Below, in pieces: positions 1 to 13,327 of a stretch of 64,000 bases of DNA (positions within the stretch are counted from its first letter, which is position 1; each line of letters starts with the position of its first letter). The DNA comes from Cenococcum geophilum. Its lineage: Eukaryota. A program made the position numbers and the translations under genes. The DNA lies in assembly GCA_050273025.1 (NCBI GenBank), contig CP158635.1:12710001-12774000 (forward strand), given 5' to 3'. The notes beneath the pieces are model-generated. The model was not told the origin of the DNA. It did no database searches and saw only the letters and a program-made list of their open reading frames with translations.

Positions 1-1070
1 ATTTAGTATAATAACGGCCATCTTATTACTTATTAGGAGGTTCTTACAATAGTAATTAGCACTAGCCTTTAAGATAAGCCGTATTTATAGGTTTAAGATA
101 ATTTATAATAGGGTTATTATAGGCTAAGCCTAAAGCTATTTCTTTAGAGTTTAATAGAGGGCGATAAAAGGGTTCCGTACTTTAGATAGTATAGTAGTAA
201 GGTACTATAGAATAGCTATATCTAGCTAGGTATTTGGACGGGCCTATAGGTAAATATCTATAGTATAACTAGGGTTATAAAAGTATAGCTAGGCATACTA
301 CGGAGTAATATCAGTAGGAGGCTTTAGCGGGCTCTATAGATGGTAAAGCTTATTATATATTTAGAAGCAATTTAGGCTGCCCTAGGCTACGCTATGGTTA
401 GTAATAGTATAGTTTACGGATATAAAAGCTAATGCTGCATTATATAAGCGAAGCCGCTCCTTAAACTGCCTAGTAGAAGTAGTACTAGACTCTAAAAGAT
501 CGCGTAGATATTCTAGCAAAGGCTAGAATAGAGGGAGGGTTATATTATCGTGCTTATAGCAGGCTTTAAAGCGTAGATTACTAGGCTATAATATACTAAC
601 ACGTTTATTAATCCAATGTAGAGCGGTGTAGAAGTTATAGGTAACGTCTATAGGACTAAGATTTAGCTGCTCTATAATATGGCAGATAGTAGTAATAGGG
701 CCACAATCTAGCTGCTCGGCGATAGGGCGGACGGTAGTAGGTCGCGGCTAGATTAATATAGGCGGTCGCGGCTGGATTAATACGGGCGGTATAAGGGGAG
801 AAGCAGCGGCAGAAGCAGCGTCGGAAGTAGTAGTAGCTATATTTTAGGGTATAGGCCGTAAAAGGCCTGCTAAAGGTTATCGTCAGGACCGTTCCTTTCT
901 TTTCTCCTATATATAGAGTTAGAAAGACAGTAAATAAAAAAAGGATAAAAAGGATTAACCCTATAAGATTTACAGATCTTATACGGAGCTTTTTGGCAGT
1001 TATTTAGTATAAAGTTAGTAAAAGGGTAATACCCCTTATAGGTAGTACAGAATGTATAATTAGAAGGCAT
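1..1070 (-). mobile_element. Helitron RepHel N-terminal region, RIP-degraded, runs off the window's left edge
   Basis: Minus-strand translation gives 'YTALHWINKRV', 'FKACYKH', 'FKERLRLYNAALAFISV', '*IYNKLYHL' and 'P*YA*LYFYNP'. These are RIP-damaged versions of the Helitron CxxCxALHW / CCxxG / RSYNxAFAFTS / IHGxLYH / PxYAQLYxYD motifs. ATG at 1070; probable short intron ~911-960. Confidence 0.8.
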
Positions 1071-1383
1071 TTAGGCGATAGGTAGAGTAGTAACTGGGGT
1101 AAGGTAGGATTTAGGGATAGGGTTTTTTTAATAGTGAGGTAGTATGTCCCCCATTAGGTGACCAGACCAAATTTTAACTAATATATCTCTTAGGTTGGAT
1201 CCAAATTTAGTATAACGTAGATTTATAGATTATAGATATTAAAATAACAAGCTGAAAATCTTTAACGTGTAAGATATATTTGGTATAAAGATTAGCTATT
1301 ATATCACTATATATACTAAGTATTTTTTTAAAATATATACTAATGGATTAGTAAGGTATTAAAGAATATCTTTTTAGTAGGTA

Positions 1384-2725
1384 ACGTCTTAGCCACCCAA
1401 TTGACCTACCTGCTAATTACGATTTAAATTACCCCTTTTCTTATATATCTTACCTTTCCTATACCACAACTATAGATTCTACGGCTGCCGCACTGCTTAA
1501 ACTTAATTAAAAAGCTTGAATGGAAATTATAATTAAGCCTTTAGAAGCTAACCCTAACTAATCTGTTCGTAAGCTTGCTAAAACTTCCTACCTACTATAA
1601 TCGACTCTTAACTACTGTTAGAGAGGACGCCGATTATATAAAGAGGCCCATTAAGCCTAACAAAAACTTATAGTCTTTAAGGAGTATTTTATTGTTAAAT
1701 AGATTAATACTATAAAAAGCTAGGGGTGGCTACCCTAAATCTAATACCTTAAATCTATAGGCAAAGATATTCTTAAAGTAAAGAATTGTTCTATAGAGCT
1801 TGGCTAATACTAGTATAAGAACTTCCTTAAATGCTACCTAGAACTTAAAGCTTAATTTACTAAAGGCCTTAATTAAAAGCAAAAGGGTGCTAAAGACCCC
1901 AAAATTATTAAGGATTGGTTTAAGTTATATATAGCTATCCCTTAGCACGGTAGGGTCCTTGGAATTAGTGGTCCGTATAAGAATACTAAAATTAAGGCTA
2001 CGTATGTATCTATGTTTAAAAGCTTAATATAACTGTAATATATATATAATACCGCTCTATATAGAGGACGGGCGCTAGCTACCTTATATTACTTAACTTA
2101 ACTCTAAACATGAAGCTTATATATCAAAATACTAAGAAATTAAAAGCTTTGTATTCCTAAGTACGGGCATTAAATTTAGCGAGTTTAATTGGCTAGTTGT
2201 TATCGATAAGCCAAGGGCCCTAATTACCGTGCTAAGGGATAGTTACTAAGTATAGAGTCTTTAAGGGAGATTAATATAATATGGATAAGAAGGGAATTGC
2301 AATAGGAGTTGGTAATATAGTTAAGGTGTTAGTATTATAATTAGAGGCTAAAGTCTTTGCTATAGAGCCAGGTAATTATAAGTGGGTATTCTTAATTAAA
2401 TGCGTCTTAGGAAATCGATATTGGCTACCTTCCTATATTATCTTTAAAGGAAAGCAAATATAATAAGCTTAGATAACCTTACGCCTTAATCGCCAAATAG
2501 TTATCTAGGTAAGCGATTTAGAGTAAATAAATTCGGATATCGCTCTTAATTAGTTGCACTACTTTAACCTATATATAAAGCTATAACTCTAAGGAATCTA
2601 TTATATATTAATTCTTAATAGCTATAAGAGCTATATATTAATGCAATTTATTAAGTATTATAAAGCTTATAAGATCGTAGCCTTCTACCTCCCCCCTATT
2701 TAACGTATAGACTTTAGCCTCTTAA
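1384..2725 (+). mobile_element. Fot1/Pot2 (pogo-like Tc1/mariner) DNA transposon, RIP-degraded, 3' part lost at Gypsy A LTR
   Basis: TA followed by ACGT terminus at 1384. HTH segment 'SVRKLAKT', CENP-B-like 'YKNFLKCYLEL', DDE motifs 'YNMDKKGIAIG' (~2275), 'ILNSYKSY' (=LDGHESH, ~2611) and 'LPPYLTYRL*PLNV' (=LPPHSTHxLQPLDV, ~2690). Confidence 0.85.
1938..2239. mobile_element. MITE (302 bp) inserted in the Fot1-like transposase
   Basis: Perfect 15-bp TIR TCCCTTAGCACGGTA / TACCGTGCTAAGGGA, TA on both sides (1936-37, 2240-41); transposase homology resumes after it. Confidence 0.9.
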
Positions 2726-3154
2726 TGTAACAAAGCCTTATAGGAAATACTACGGTGGACTTATTAATAGGCTAGGTATATAAGTTAGGGAATAGTTAAT
2801 AATAATAATATAACTAGTAGAGTGGTTACCTAATAGATTAACTCTAATTATATTCTAAGATTTACTATAAAGAAGAAAACTATCTAGGTAGGAACTGTAG
2901 TCCTTTAAATATATAATACTGCGCCTAAGAAATATACTAAGTACGTTAATACGTTAATACGTTAGTATATTACGTTCCCATGTTCCTATATTTCTATATT
3001 CTAAACTTATAACGTACCTAGCTATATAACTTAACTACCTCTTATTTTATAGCTTAATTGGTTTTAGTGCCTCCTATACTATCTTAACTAACCCATTTAT
3101 ATCTCTTTTTAGTGGTTATACTACTATAATACTGCTAATATAAGGTCCGTAACA
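2726..3154 (-). repeat. 3' LTR of Gypsy A (429 bp)
   Basis: TG...CA ends; similar to the solo LTR at 15930 and partly to the G LTRs; PPT complement 'ccacccccctcctc' follows. Confidence 0.9.
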
Positions 3155-3262
3155 CCACCCCCCTCCTCTTTATCTTCGTCCTTAAAGATATCTCCTATCT
3201 CTAAGTTATCTATTAGAGGTATAATATTCCCGTTTTTAATTTAATAACCTTTATTATTTTTA

Positions 3263-3760
3263 ATGCCTCCTATTAGATCCTTTATATCTAATTATTATAA
3301 TTAGCTAGTAACGTTTATTTTTTCCCCTTAGTAAAGTTATACCGTCCTATTCTTATTATACGGAGAAGAAGTTAGTATATATTATAATCGTGGCTCTATC
3401 TAGTTGTTAACATTTTTCTTATACTAAGTATATATAAGCAAATATACAGTTATTCTATAACGTTTAATCTATCTTTAACGCTAAATATACGCGTCTTATA
3501 ATTCTATATAATTATTTTATTTCTTATCTAATTTATTTTAGGGTTTCGCGTATTAATAGCGACTAAAAAACTAAAGAGTAAGCTAGCTAAGGCTCTTGTT
3601 AAGGTTTAATATTATTTTAATAAAGCGTTTTAGGCTCTAAGGCTTAACTAGATACTTATACTTAGTTATCTTACTTAGCAAAAGTTTATAAAAAGGTAAC
3701 AACTTATACGCTAGTAGTAAATCCCTTAAATAATCTAGCTTATTTATTACTTTTAACTAA
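3263..3760 (+). pseudogene. Antisense accessory ORF of Gypsy A (Zn2Cys6-like + coiled coil), RIP-degraded; 3' end approximate
   Basis: ATG at 3263; six TAT codons at C-x2-C-x6-C-x13-C-x2-C-x8-C spacing; probable 1-nt frameshift near 3325; putative 55-nt intron 3487-3541; homologous to 49960-50483. Confidence 0.65.
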
Positions 3761-5670
3761 TCCTTTTATTTTTAGTTTCTCCTTAATATTACCTAACCTA
3801 TTCTCTTTTAATACTCCTATACCTTTCCTATAGCTTTCTTTAAATCCTATAATAGTTTCTAGGTAGTCTTATTATAGCCTATCTACTTTACTTTGTACTA
3901 TATTTTATTATTAATGTCCTTATAGTTAATAATCTTTAAAACCTACTATTTGTCTTCCTCTTATCCTCTATATATATCTACTTTATAAACTAGTAGCTCT
4001 ATATCTCTATACACTAGCTTTAGTATCGCAATATACTATATAGGGTATATCTTTATCTTTATCAGTAAGTTAAGTCTATATATAACTTTTAAAATCTTAG
4101 CTATAATTTTAAACAGTCCTAGTCTAATATAGTCTAACTTCTTACTTAGTTGTTAACTTATAAAATTTTTATATAATAGCTACACTTTATCCCCCTCCTT
4201 TAGATCTGGTCCTTTAGATCTCCTAGCGTTATAGTACTTTTTTATCTTTTTTATACTAATTTTGTTATAGAATAGAGGTCTTTATAAAGATTTATTAGAG
4301 TTTCCATACTCTACTTTACTATTTTACTTATTTTCTTTACTTATTGTATTAATAATAATATTCTAGGCTTATATCTATAATTTGTCTAAAATAGTAATAT
4401 CTTTATACCTTCCTATAGTGTTGCGTTATATATAAACTATATAACTAGTAGTAATAACACCTAATTATTCTATGCATAATTAATATAATATCTTAGATAC
4501 TATTCTAGTATCTAATTTAATCTTTCTATTTATTTATCTGTCTGTAGATAATATATAGTAAAAGTTACTACTTAAACTTCTTATTCTGCTAGGAATATCT
4601 CTTAAAATATTATTATAAATCTTAGATCCCTATCTAATATAATCTTACTTAGTACTCTATATCTTATAAACACTTCCTTAATATAGATTCTAGCTATATC
4701 TTTTATTCAGATTTCTTCTATATATGCTATAAAGTAGCTCTATTTAGTTAGTTTTTCTACTATTACTAAAATTACGTTATATTCCTATTCGGTAATAGGA
4801 TTTTTTTTTAACTTTAGCAACTTTATAATAAAGTCCTATAATATCGTTTCCTATAGACGTTCTAGTACTTTAACTAGCTATAGCTTTCTATATAGTTTAT
4901 ACCTCGTTAATTTATTCCTTTAGCAATCTAAATATTCCCTTAAAACTTTTCTTACTAAGCCCTAAATTCTGTTAATAATATATTCTTTTTAAAGTCTTAA
5001 CACTAAGCCTATAGCTCCGTTGTGTCCTTATATTATTCCCTTATAGAAATTTTTAATAAACTCTTTTATAATATCCTTAGGCACGTATATAGTTTCTTAG
5101 TTCTTATACTACTCTATATTTAAATCTTTAGATTATACTTCTTAGATCCTTTTAGTCTAATCGCTTTCCAGTAACTTGTGTTCCTAAGTTATTATAATTT
5201 TAGAGTAATTATATCTAATCAATCCACCCTTATCTTTGCGTAATATTGCCCCTAATAGCTTCTTATTATTTTGTAGTTTAGCTTTCCTACTTAACGCGTC
5301 TACTTTTATATTTTTAGTTCCCTTAATATATTAAATCTTAAAATAGTATTCCGTAAGCATTTCTACCTATTTAACCTATCTTTAATTAAGTTCTTTTATT
5401 ATTAGAAACCCTATTAAGTTCTTATAATTTATTTTAACTATAAATAGTTTCTTTATGCCTTATAAGAATGCCCTTTATTCCTTAAGTGAATTATACCTAA
5501 ATAACTCCTTATTATAAATGTTATAGTTTAACTCTAGTAGTATTATCTTCTAACTATAGTATATTACTGGATACTATATATTTTTATGCTTTTATAGTAG
5601 GCATACTCCTAGTATAAAGTCTAATGCATCCGTTTCTATAACCGTTTCTAGTCCTAGTTAATAGATCTTA

Positions 5671-5956
5671 TGATAACTCTACAGTAGTAGAGTAAAGTTT
5701 GCGATACTAGCGCGTCCGTAGGCTTGTTACGGCAGTAGTGGTTCCTAAGAAGGTCAAAAGGTAAGGAGGTAGGAGCATCACAGGTGACTTATAGGCGCCT
5801 CGCAGGCGCCTTATAGGCGAGTCCTAAAAGGCGGGGAGATGGATTACGGGGTTTTCTTAAATAGAGTTTTCTCCCTATATGTATATAAGGAGTAGTCCGC
5901 GTGGGCCCAATAGGGATCCGAATCGGACGTTAAGCAATAAATTACTATTATTATTA
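5671..5956 (+). mobile_element. 5'-truncated LINE (3' terminal 286 bp) inserted in Gypsy A pol
   Basis: Matches the 3' end of LINE 7767-13327; (TTA)n tail; 13-bp TSD TTAATAGATCTTA at 5658-5670 and 5957-5969. Confidence 0.9.
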
Positions 5957-7766
5957 TTAATAGATCTTAAGGATTAGCTCCTAGGTAAACAACTCTTTAA
6001 GTTTTTTAATTAACTTCTTTTATTCTTCCCCCTATACCTATAGTTTCTCTTTCTTTATAAGTCTTATAAATAGTTTAATATTCTTTAACTACTATACTAT
6101 AAACCATCTATAGTAGTTGCAAACTCCTAAAAATAATTTTAACTGCGTTATATTCTCTAGTTCTTACCAACTTACTATAGCTTTAATTTTCTTTAGGTCT
6201 ATACTAATATAACCTAGTTTAATAATAAATTTAACAAAATTGGTCTTCCTAGTAAAGAACTTATATTTTTTAATTGCTACTAGTATCTATTCTTCTTATA
6301 GTCTCTTTAAGACCTATTTAATAGATTCTCAGTGTTCTTCTTTACTTATTAAATAGATAATAATATCGTTAAAGTATGCTATAATAAACTTATTAAGGTA
6401 TTCTCCTAATACGCTATTAATTTGCTTTTAAAATATTACTAGTACGTTTATAAGTCTAAACTATATAACTAATAGTTTGTATAGTCCTTCCTTTAACCTA
6501 AAGACTGCCTTCTATTTGTCGCCTTCTTTAATTCTAATCTAATGGTATACCCATCTTAGATCTATCTTTGTAATGATTTACGCATTACTTATTCTATCTT
6601 AAATTTTGCTAATTAAGGGTAAAGGATATCTATCCTCCCTAGTAATACTGTTTAACTATTTATAGTTAATACATAGCCTAAGCTTTCTATTTTTCTTAGG
6701 TATAAATAGTACTAGATATTCTGCTAATAACTGCAATAGTCTAATATATCCCTTTTATAGGTTTTCTTAAATAAACTCTTTAAGTACTCTTAACTCTTCT
6801 TTAGTTAGCTTATAGATTAAAAAGAACTTTAGACTTATTCCTAGTTTTAATTTTAATTTATAGTTCTATACTATATACTCTAATAGCTTTTTACTTTTTA
6901 GGCTCTATAGCTTCTTGCTATACTTATAGTATCTTTTTAGTATATAACTTAAGCCCTACTTAATCTTTTTATATATCGCTCCGACTTAGTACTATACTAT
7001 TTTAGTTTATTATTATATCTTACGTTATTAAGTATCTTTAATATTAACCTAACCTATAACCCAATCAATCTTTAGATTATATTTCTATAACTAAGGCATT
7101 CCTAGTACTGCCCTACCCCGTCCTAATAGTAAGATATTAAAAGATATCTTAATTTATCTCCCTTTAATAGTTATTTAAATAGGTCTTATTTTAAGATTAA
7201 TAATGCCTCCTTAATAGGCTATTAGATCTTTTAAAATTATAACTAGTAAATATAGGTACTCTTTTTATCTATAAAGTAGCCCTATTTATTTTACTATTAC
7301 TAATAAGATATAATTTCTAGTTACTCTATTATCTATTAGTGCCTTAAATTATTAATCTTACTATTTAACTTATAGATTTAGGTGTTGTCCTTAAATTCCT
7401 TTAAGGGTTTAAGCTCCCTCTAGTTTTATAGGCCTCTACTTTTTCTAACTATTAGCTACTTAATCCTGTTATACTTAGCTTATTTTTTAACTAATGCCTT
7501 ATTTACTTTTTATCTTTAATATACTATAAATATATATTCTCTAGGCATTTTCACTACTATTATCTATCTAGGTATTCTTCTATAAGGAATCTTTTTAGTT
7601 AAAGTATTAAGTCTCCTAACTCCTAAACTTTTATTAAATACTATTTATATATATACCTAATATTTCTATATTTTTACTCCTCTAGCGCCTAATATATTCT
7701 TATAGGGTACTTCCTTTTTTTAATTCTTATATATATCGCATATATTATCTATATATATAATCTATA

Positions 7767-10700
7767 ACAGAAAAACAATATTCTTAAAAAAGGAGCTCTT
7801 GCTACACCTGGCCCAAAAAGACTAAAACCAACTAAAAGAACCCTAAAAAACACCTAGAGAATCCCCCTAAGATGCATGCATCGCAGGGGAGGCACACGTC
7901 AAACGACGGTGGCTCGCACTCGCGCGCGACCGCTAGAACTACGCCTAGCAATGGCCCTCCACAACAAAGACAGGCGAATACTACACTATAAAGCGGAAAT
8001 ACCTCTATTAAGAAGGCATCTAATAAAATATAAAGCCTATTAGACGCGTCTAGTATCTAAAATTATAGGGGAGTAACTATTAGCTATAACGAACTAATGT
8101 AGCTAGTAAAATGGCTCCGCCAGTCTAGCGAACCTTAGGCGCCCCTTTAGTAAACCCTTAATTAAATCCTCTAATGGCTAAGCAAAATTAAAAATAAGTA
8201 TAACCCCCCCTTACTAGTAAACCGCACCTAGGCCGCTATAGCTATACTTTTATAGCATAAGGAACCTACCCCCTTTAAGTTAATAACTAGGTATATAATT
8301 ATAATATAACCAAATATAGAATAAGTAGAGGGGCTTAGGGGGTAATTAGAAATAGAAGTCCTTATAAAAATATATAAAGAGGTCTACAATACTGTTATAG
8401 TCTAATACCTTAAGAGCAGAGACATTAGAGTTACCTTAAAGGACTAATAGGTAAAGAAATAAGCTATAAGAATAGGGAATAGGCTAGGAGAACGTATTAG
8501 TATAAAAGTACTTTATAAGGATTACCTAGTTAAAGTCCTAGCGGTTTCTATAAGCCTTAGGGTAGAAAAAGGACGCCAGGTAGATAATATAGTAATTATA
8601 TAGAAGATAGTAAGATAAACGGAACGCCTTATACTAGGACTTAAAATCACCTAAATCTAATGGCTTTAATAGGAAAATATAAACTAAGTATATAATAAGA
8701 ATAATAAGAGAATATAAGGGTTATTGGAGACTTGCTAGGGAGACGCCGGACGAATATATAGCTCCCTTATTGTTAGTATATATATACCAGAAATACAAAA
8801 ACTCCTTATCTAAAAAGGAATAATTATAAATGGCCTTATATACAATATAAGGCTCTATAACTATAGACTACGCCTAGAATAATACTATTGCTGTATATAA
8901 TAGGGACACACCTAATTTATATGCGCAGTATAGGTATACTGCGGCTACTATGCAGGCCCCTATAATATAAGATATTGCTTAAATTAAGACTAAATAAAAT
9001 GCGTAAACTGCCACTAAAGCATATATAAGGCGTAGGAGAGAGAAGACTATATTAAATATAGGAGACGGAAGGCAAGGGCTTAATAGCTATAGGAATAACT
9101 GCATACTAGGTTATATAAATAGAAATAATAGGTAATAAGCTAGGGGGACGCAGGCGCCTTCCTAGCGTTTTCTACCTTTAATACTAGAGGGCTAGGCTAG
9201 CTATCCTAAGCCTTAACGGGCTAAAAGCGACGCCGCGTAATATTACTAGATTAATTAGGGATATAAGGGTTATAGGGGATATAAGGGAGAGGATACCCCA
9301 TAGGAAGACCTCTATAAACAGCGATAGTAGGCTTAAGACTAGGATAATTAAGAATTAGACTTAATACGGTAAATATAATATTTATAGCTAACCTATAAAG
9401 GGTATATAGCCAACTAGTAAGAATAGGGGAAGAACTGGTAATAATAATAAATTTAGATATAGAAGCGCTAATAGGAATATAAAATATGGGAATAGAAAGC
9501 TCTATATAAAATAAGTAGTAACTAGGGTGTAGATATAAGAGATAAAAGCTCTAAATATTCTAGAGAAAGTAGAAATAGAAGAAGCGAGGAACGAAGGAGA
9601 GTTAAAGAACCCTCGCTAGGGGTTTGCCACCTATCTATTATATAGTATAACTACAGCAATACAAACTACCGCCTTATAAGGCCCCTACTAGACAGTCTAG
9701 ACCTAAAGAAATACTATATCCTTACTATATAAGAACCGTATTATAATACCTTTATATAATTAATATATTACCCCTAAGGATTCTAGCTCCTATATAAACT
9801 AAAAGCAGCTATATATGTATGCTTTATAATTAGCAAGGCTATTAGCCTATCCTTATAGTTATAGTAGGCAGTTAACCTAAATATTATAGTTATAACAATC
9901 TAAATATATAGGGGATTGGTATAAATTATTAATATATATAACCCTAGGGTTAAAGGGGTCCTATAAATAGAGAATATTATATTAGTAATAAGCTTACTAG
10001 AAACCGAAGGTATAAAGTCTATTCTACTAGGAAATATAAACCTCTACTACCCGCGGTAGGGGGGTATCTATATTACTGTAGATTAACAGTTAAAGTGCCT
10101 ACTAAGAGCTATAAATATCTAGGGCCTTAAGCTAGCTACCCCCCTAGGAGCAATTATATAGCAATAAGGCACCGCTAGAAGTATAATTAACCTTATATTT
10201 ATAGACGAAGGCCTATACTAGAGACTTAAAAGGTGTAACCCTAAAGAAGAATAGGCACTTACCCTAGACTATATCCCTATTTAGATATAGCTAGACCTAA
10301 ATACTAAAGCGCAACTAAATAAAAAAAGATACGTAATAAGGAAGCTTAAGATAAACAGTTTCCTTAATATAGTTAAATAACAACTCTAAGACCTAGAAAA
10401 AATCCACCTAATACTAAATAAGCAAGGCTTATTAGCTACCCCTAAGGAAATTAACCGAAGACTAGAAAGGATCTAGGCAGCGATTAAAAATAGGCTAGAA
10501 GAGCACTACCTAATCTTAAAACCGGGCCCCTATGTGTAATATATATAGTCTATATAATATACAGTTCTAGTTACTAGCTAATAATAAGCAAGAAGGAAAT
10601 ATATAAGTAGCTATAACCCTAAAGATAAGAGATAATATAAAGATATAAGAAACCAGCTAAAGAATACCCTAAAAAAAGAAGTAAGGAATAACTAAAGACG

Positions 10701-13327
10701 GTTTATAAATAAGTATACTTTTAACCCGAGCCTCCCCTATAATAAAGGCCTTTAGGCTATAGTAAAATAGGTAAAGAAAAAGGTAGGGCGCTTAGTAGAA
10801 GATTTATACCTACTACCCTTATAAAGAGTAGGAGAATTATAGGCTATAAATAATAATGATAAGAAGGCAAAGATCTTTATAAAAAGGTTCTTCCCCTAAC
10901 CAGCTCTAGCAGACCTTAGTAATATTATAGGTAAAACACTGGTGACTTACCTATGGGTTAACAGTGACATAATAATAGAGGAAATGGCTAGAACTATTAG
11001 CCGCCTTTTAAATAATATAGTACTAAGACTAGATGGGATTCTAAATAAGGCCCTAAAAACTTATAGGCCACTTATAGCACTTTAGCTTATAGATATAGCT
11101 AGAGTATGTTTTACTATAGGCTACTACCCGCAACTTAGAAGATCTATAATAACGGTTGTCCTATAAAAAGAAGGTAAAGCAGATTACTTAATCCTAGGAA
11201 GCTACTGCCCTATTGCCTTAGAAAATACCCTTAGCAAGATCTTAGAAAGGGTAATAGCGGAACATATAGCAGATACGGTAGAGGAACACGCCCTACTACT
11301 ATAAAGCTAAATAGGGGCAAGAAAAAACCGCTTAACACTATTAGCACTTACGCTACTCGCTACTACCATTAAATCTATATAGGCGATGTGAAAGGACTTT
11401 ATAGTATTAATGCTTAGCCTAGATATTAGTAGTGCCTATAACAATATACCCTATAAGCGTCTCCTATATATCCTTAGGGTAAAGGGCTTCTTAGAATAGA
11501 TTATATAATTTGTCTAAGGGTTTATAGGCTAGAAAGAAATATTACTAGTCTTTAGCGGATACTAGAGCCCCCCTATTACAGTTATAATAGGAATACTATA
11601 AAAATTACCCCTCTTGCCTATTCTCTTCCTTTTCTTTATAAGTAACCTACTTAACTCCTTTAAGGAAGGGGCAACCTAGGGAATAGGCTTCGTTAACGAT
11701 ATAAACCTAATTATATATAGGCCAACAGCTATAAAGAATTATAGAATACTAGAGAAAGCCTATAACACTTATATAAAATAGGTAAAACGTTATAGAGTCT
11801 AATTCTTATTAGAGAAATACTAGCTAATCTATTTTATAAGAAAACGTAACTAATCTGTAGATCTTTAGTATATAATTCGCATTTAAGGCTTTAGGGGTTA
11901 ACTAGTTTAGGGCTTAAGGGTATTAGGAGTATAGGTAGATAGTAAGCTCTAGTAAAGCGTATATATGGCGCAAGCGGCCTATAAAGGCTAAGTATAGTTT
12001 ATTACTTTATCTAGGATTATTAATTCTATATAGGGTCCATACTTTTAGAGGTCACGCCTACTATATATAATAGTTGTCTGGCTAACCATAATATATAGAT
12101 CCAGTATTTGGGCCATTAAAGAAACTAAAAAGGGCCCCCCTAAATTACTCCTTAAACCACTTTAAAAGGTCTAGATAGCCTACTTCTAGAGTATTATAGG
12201 CGGGTACAAGCAAACGGCTATAGTACTGCTTAAGAAGGAATCTAATATTCCCCCCCTATAGTTATATATTAAAGCCGTAGTAATATAAAGGACGCAAAAT
12301 AAACGCAACTCTAATGTTATAAAGTATATTAAAACACGCCTAAGTAAACTATAGAGGGACCTTAAAGTGCCCCGTAGGAGAATAAACTAATAACCCTAAA
12401 GTAGGGAAGAGATATTAGAGAAATAGGTAAAGAAAGTAGAAGAAGAATAGTGCCGCTTTAGGGCCTAGGCCTATATAGAGGAGAAAAGGAGACGCGTAAG
12501 AGGTTAGTAAAGATAATAGCAAGATAGAGAAAGGAGCTAAAGTAGAATATATAAGAATGCTAAGAAACTATCTACCGCAATATAATACTAGTTGGACTAA
12601 TACTAGAGAGGTAAATAGGAGTTAAAGGTATAGAGGCTAACTTAGGTAAGACAAACCTAAGCTATAGTATAGTTAACGCTATAGGGGGTAAATACCTAAG
12701 GGCTCTAAGAAGGCCTAATAAAGGCAGAAAATATAATATTAACACTCTTAAGAACAGGAATAATAGGACTAAAAGATTAGCTTTACTAGGTGGGAGTTTT
12801 AGTAGGTAGCCTAAGATGCAAATATAGCTAGCTAAGACAGACACTAAAACACGTAATACTGCTATGCCCCCTACGCACTAATTAAGAAATAATACTCTTA
12901 GTAACTAGTATAAAGAACTATAATATACTGCTCTTAATATAAAAAGGCCTTAAGGCGGTTACCTAGTAGCTTATTAGTTAAAATATACTAAATTAGTTCT
13001 GGGTTGCAAGGGAAATAGTAATAAAAGGTAAGGGGGCGAGCAGTAGGTGCCCCCTAGTAACTCTATAGTAGTAGAGTAATAGTTTATAATACTAGCGCGT
13101 CCGTAGGCTTGTTACGGCAGTAGTAGTTCCTAAAGAGGTTAAACAGTAAGGTAGTAGAGCACTATAGGCGACTTATAGGCGCTAAGTAGGCGAGTCCTAA
13201 AAGGCGGGGAGATGGATCATGGGGTTTTCTCATTTTTCTTAAATAGAGTTTTCTCCCTATATATAACTAAGGAGTAGTCTATATAGGCCTAATAGAGATC
13301 CGAATCGGACGTTAAGCAATGAATTAT
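7767..13327 (+). mobile_element. Full-length Tad1-like LINE (ORF1 ~7950-9620; ORF2 APE-RT ~9630-13060), RIP-degraded
   Basis: 15-bp TSD TATATATAATCTATA (7752-7766 / 13328-13342). ORF1 has triple CCHC remnants (~8885-9025). APE 'II*YNYSN...ILTI*EP'. RT 'GSYCPIALENTLSKILE', 'MLSLDISSAYN', 'GFVND'. Confidence 0.92.

Noticed and set aside
1138..1381. Possible transposon end between Helitron and Fot1 element
   Set aside because: No partner TIR or TSD found.
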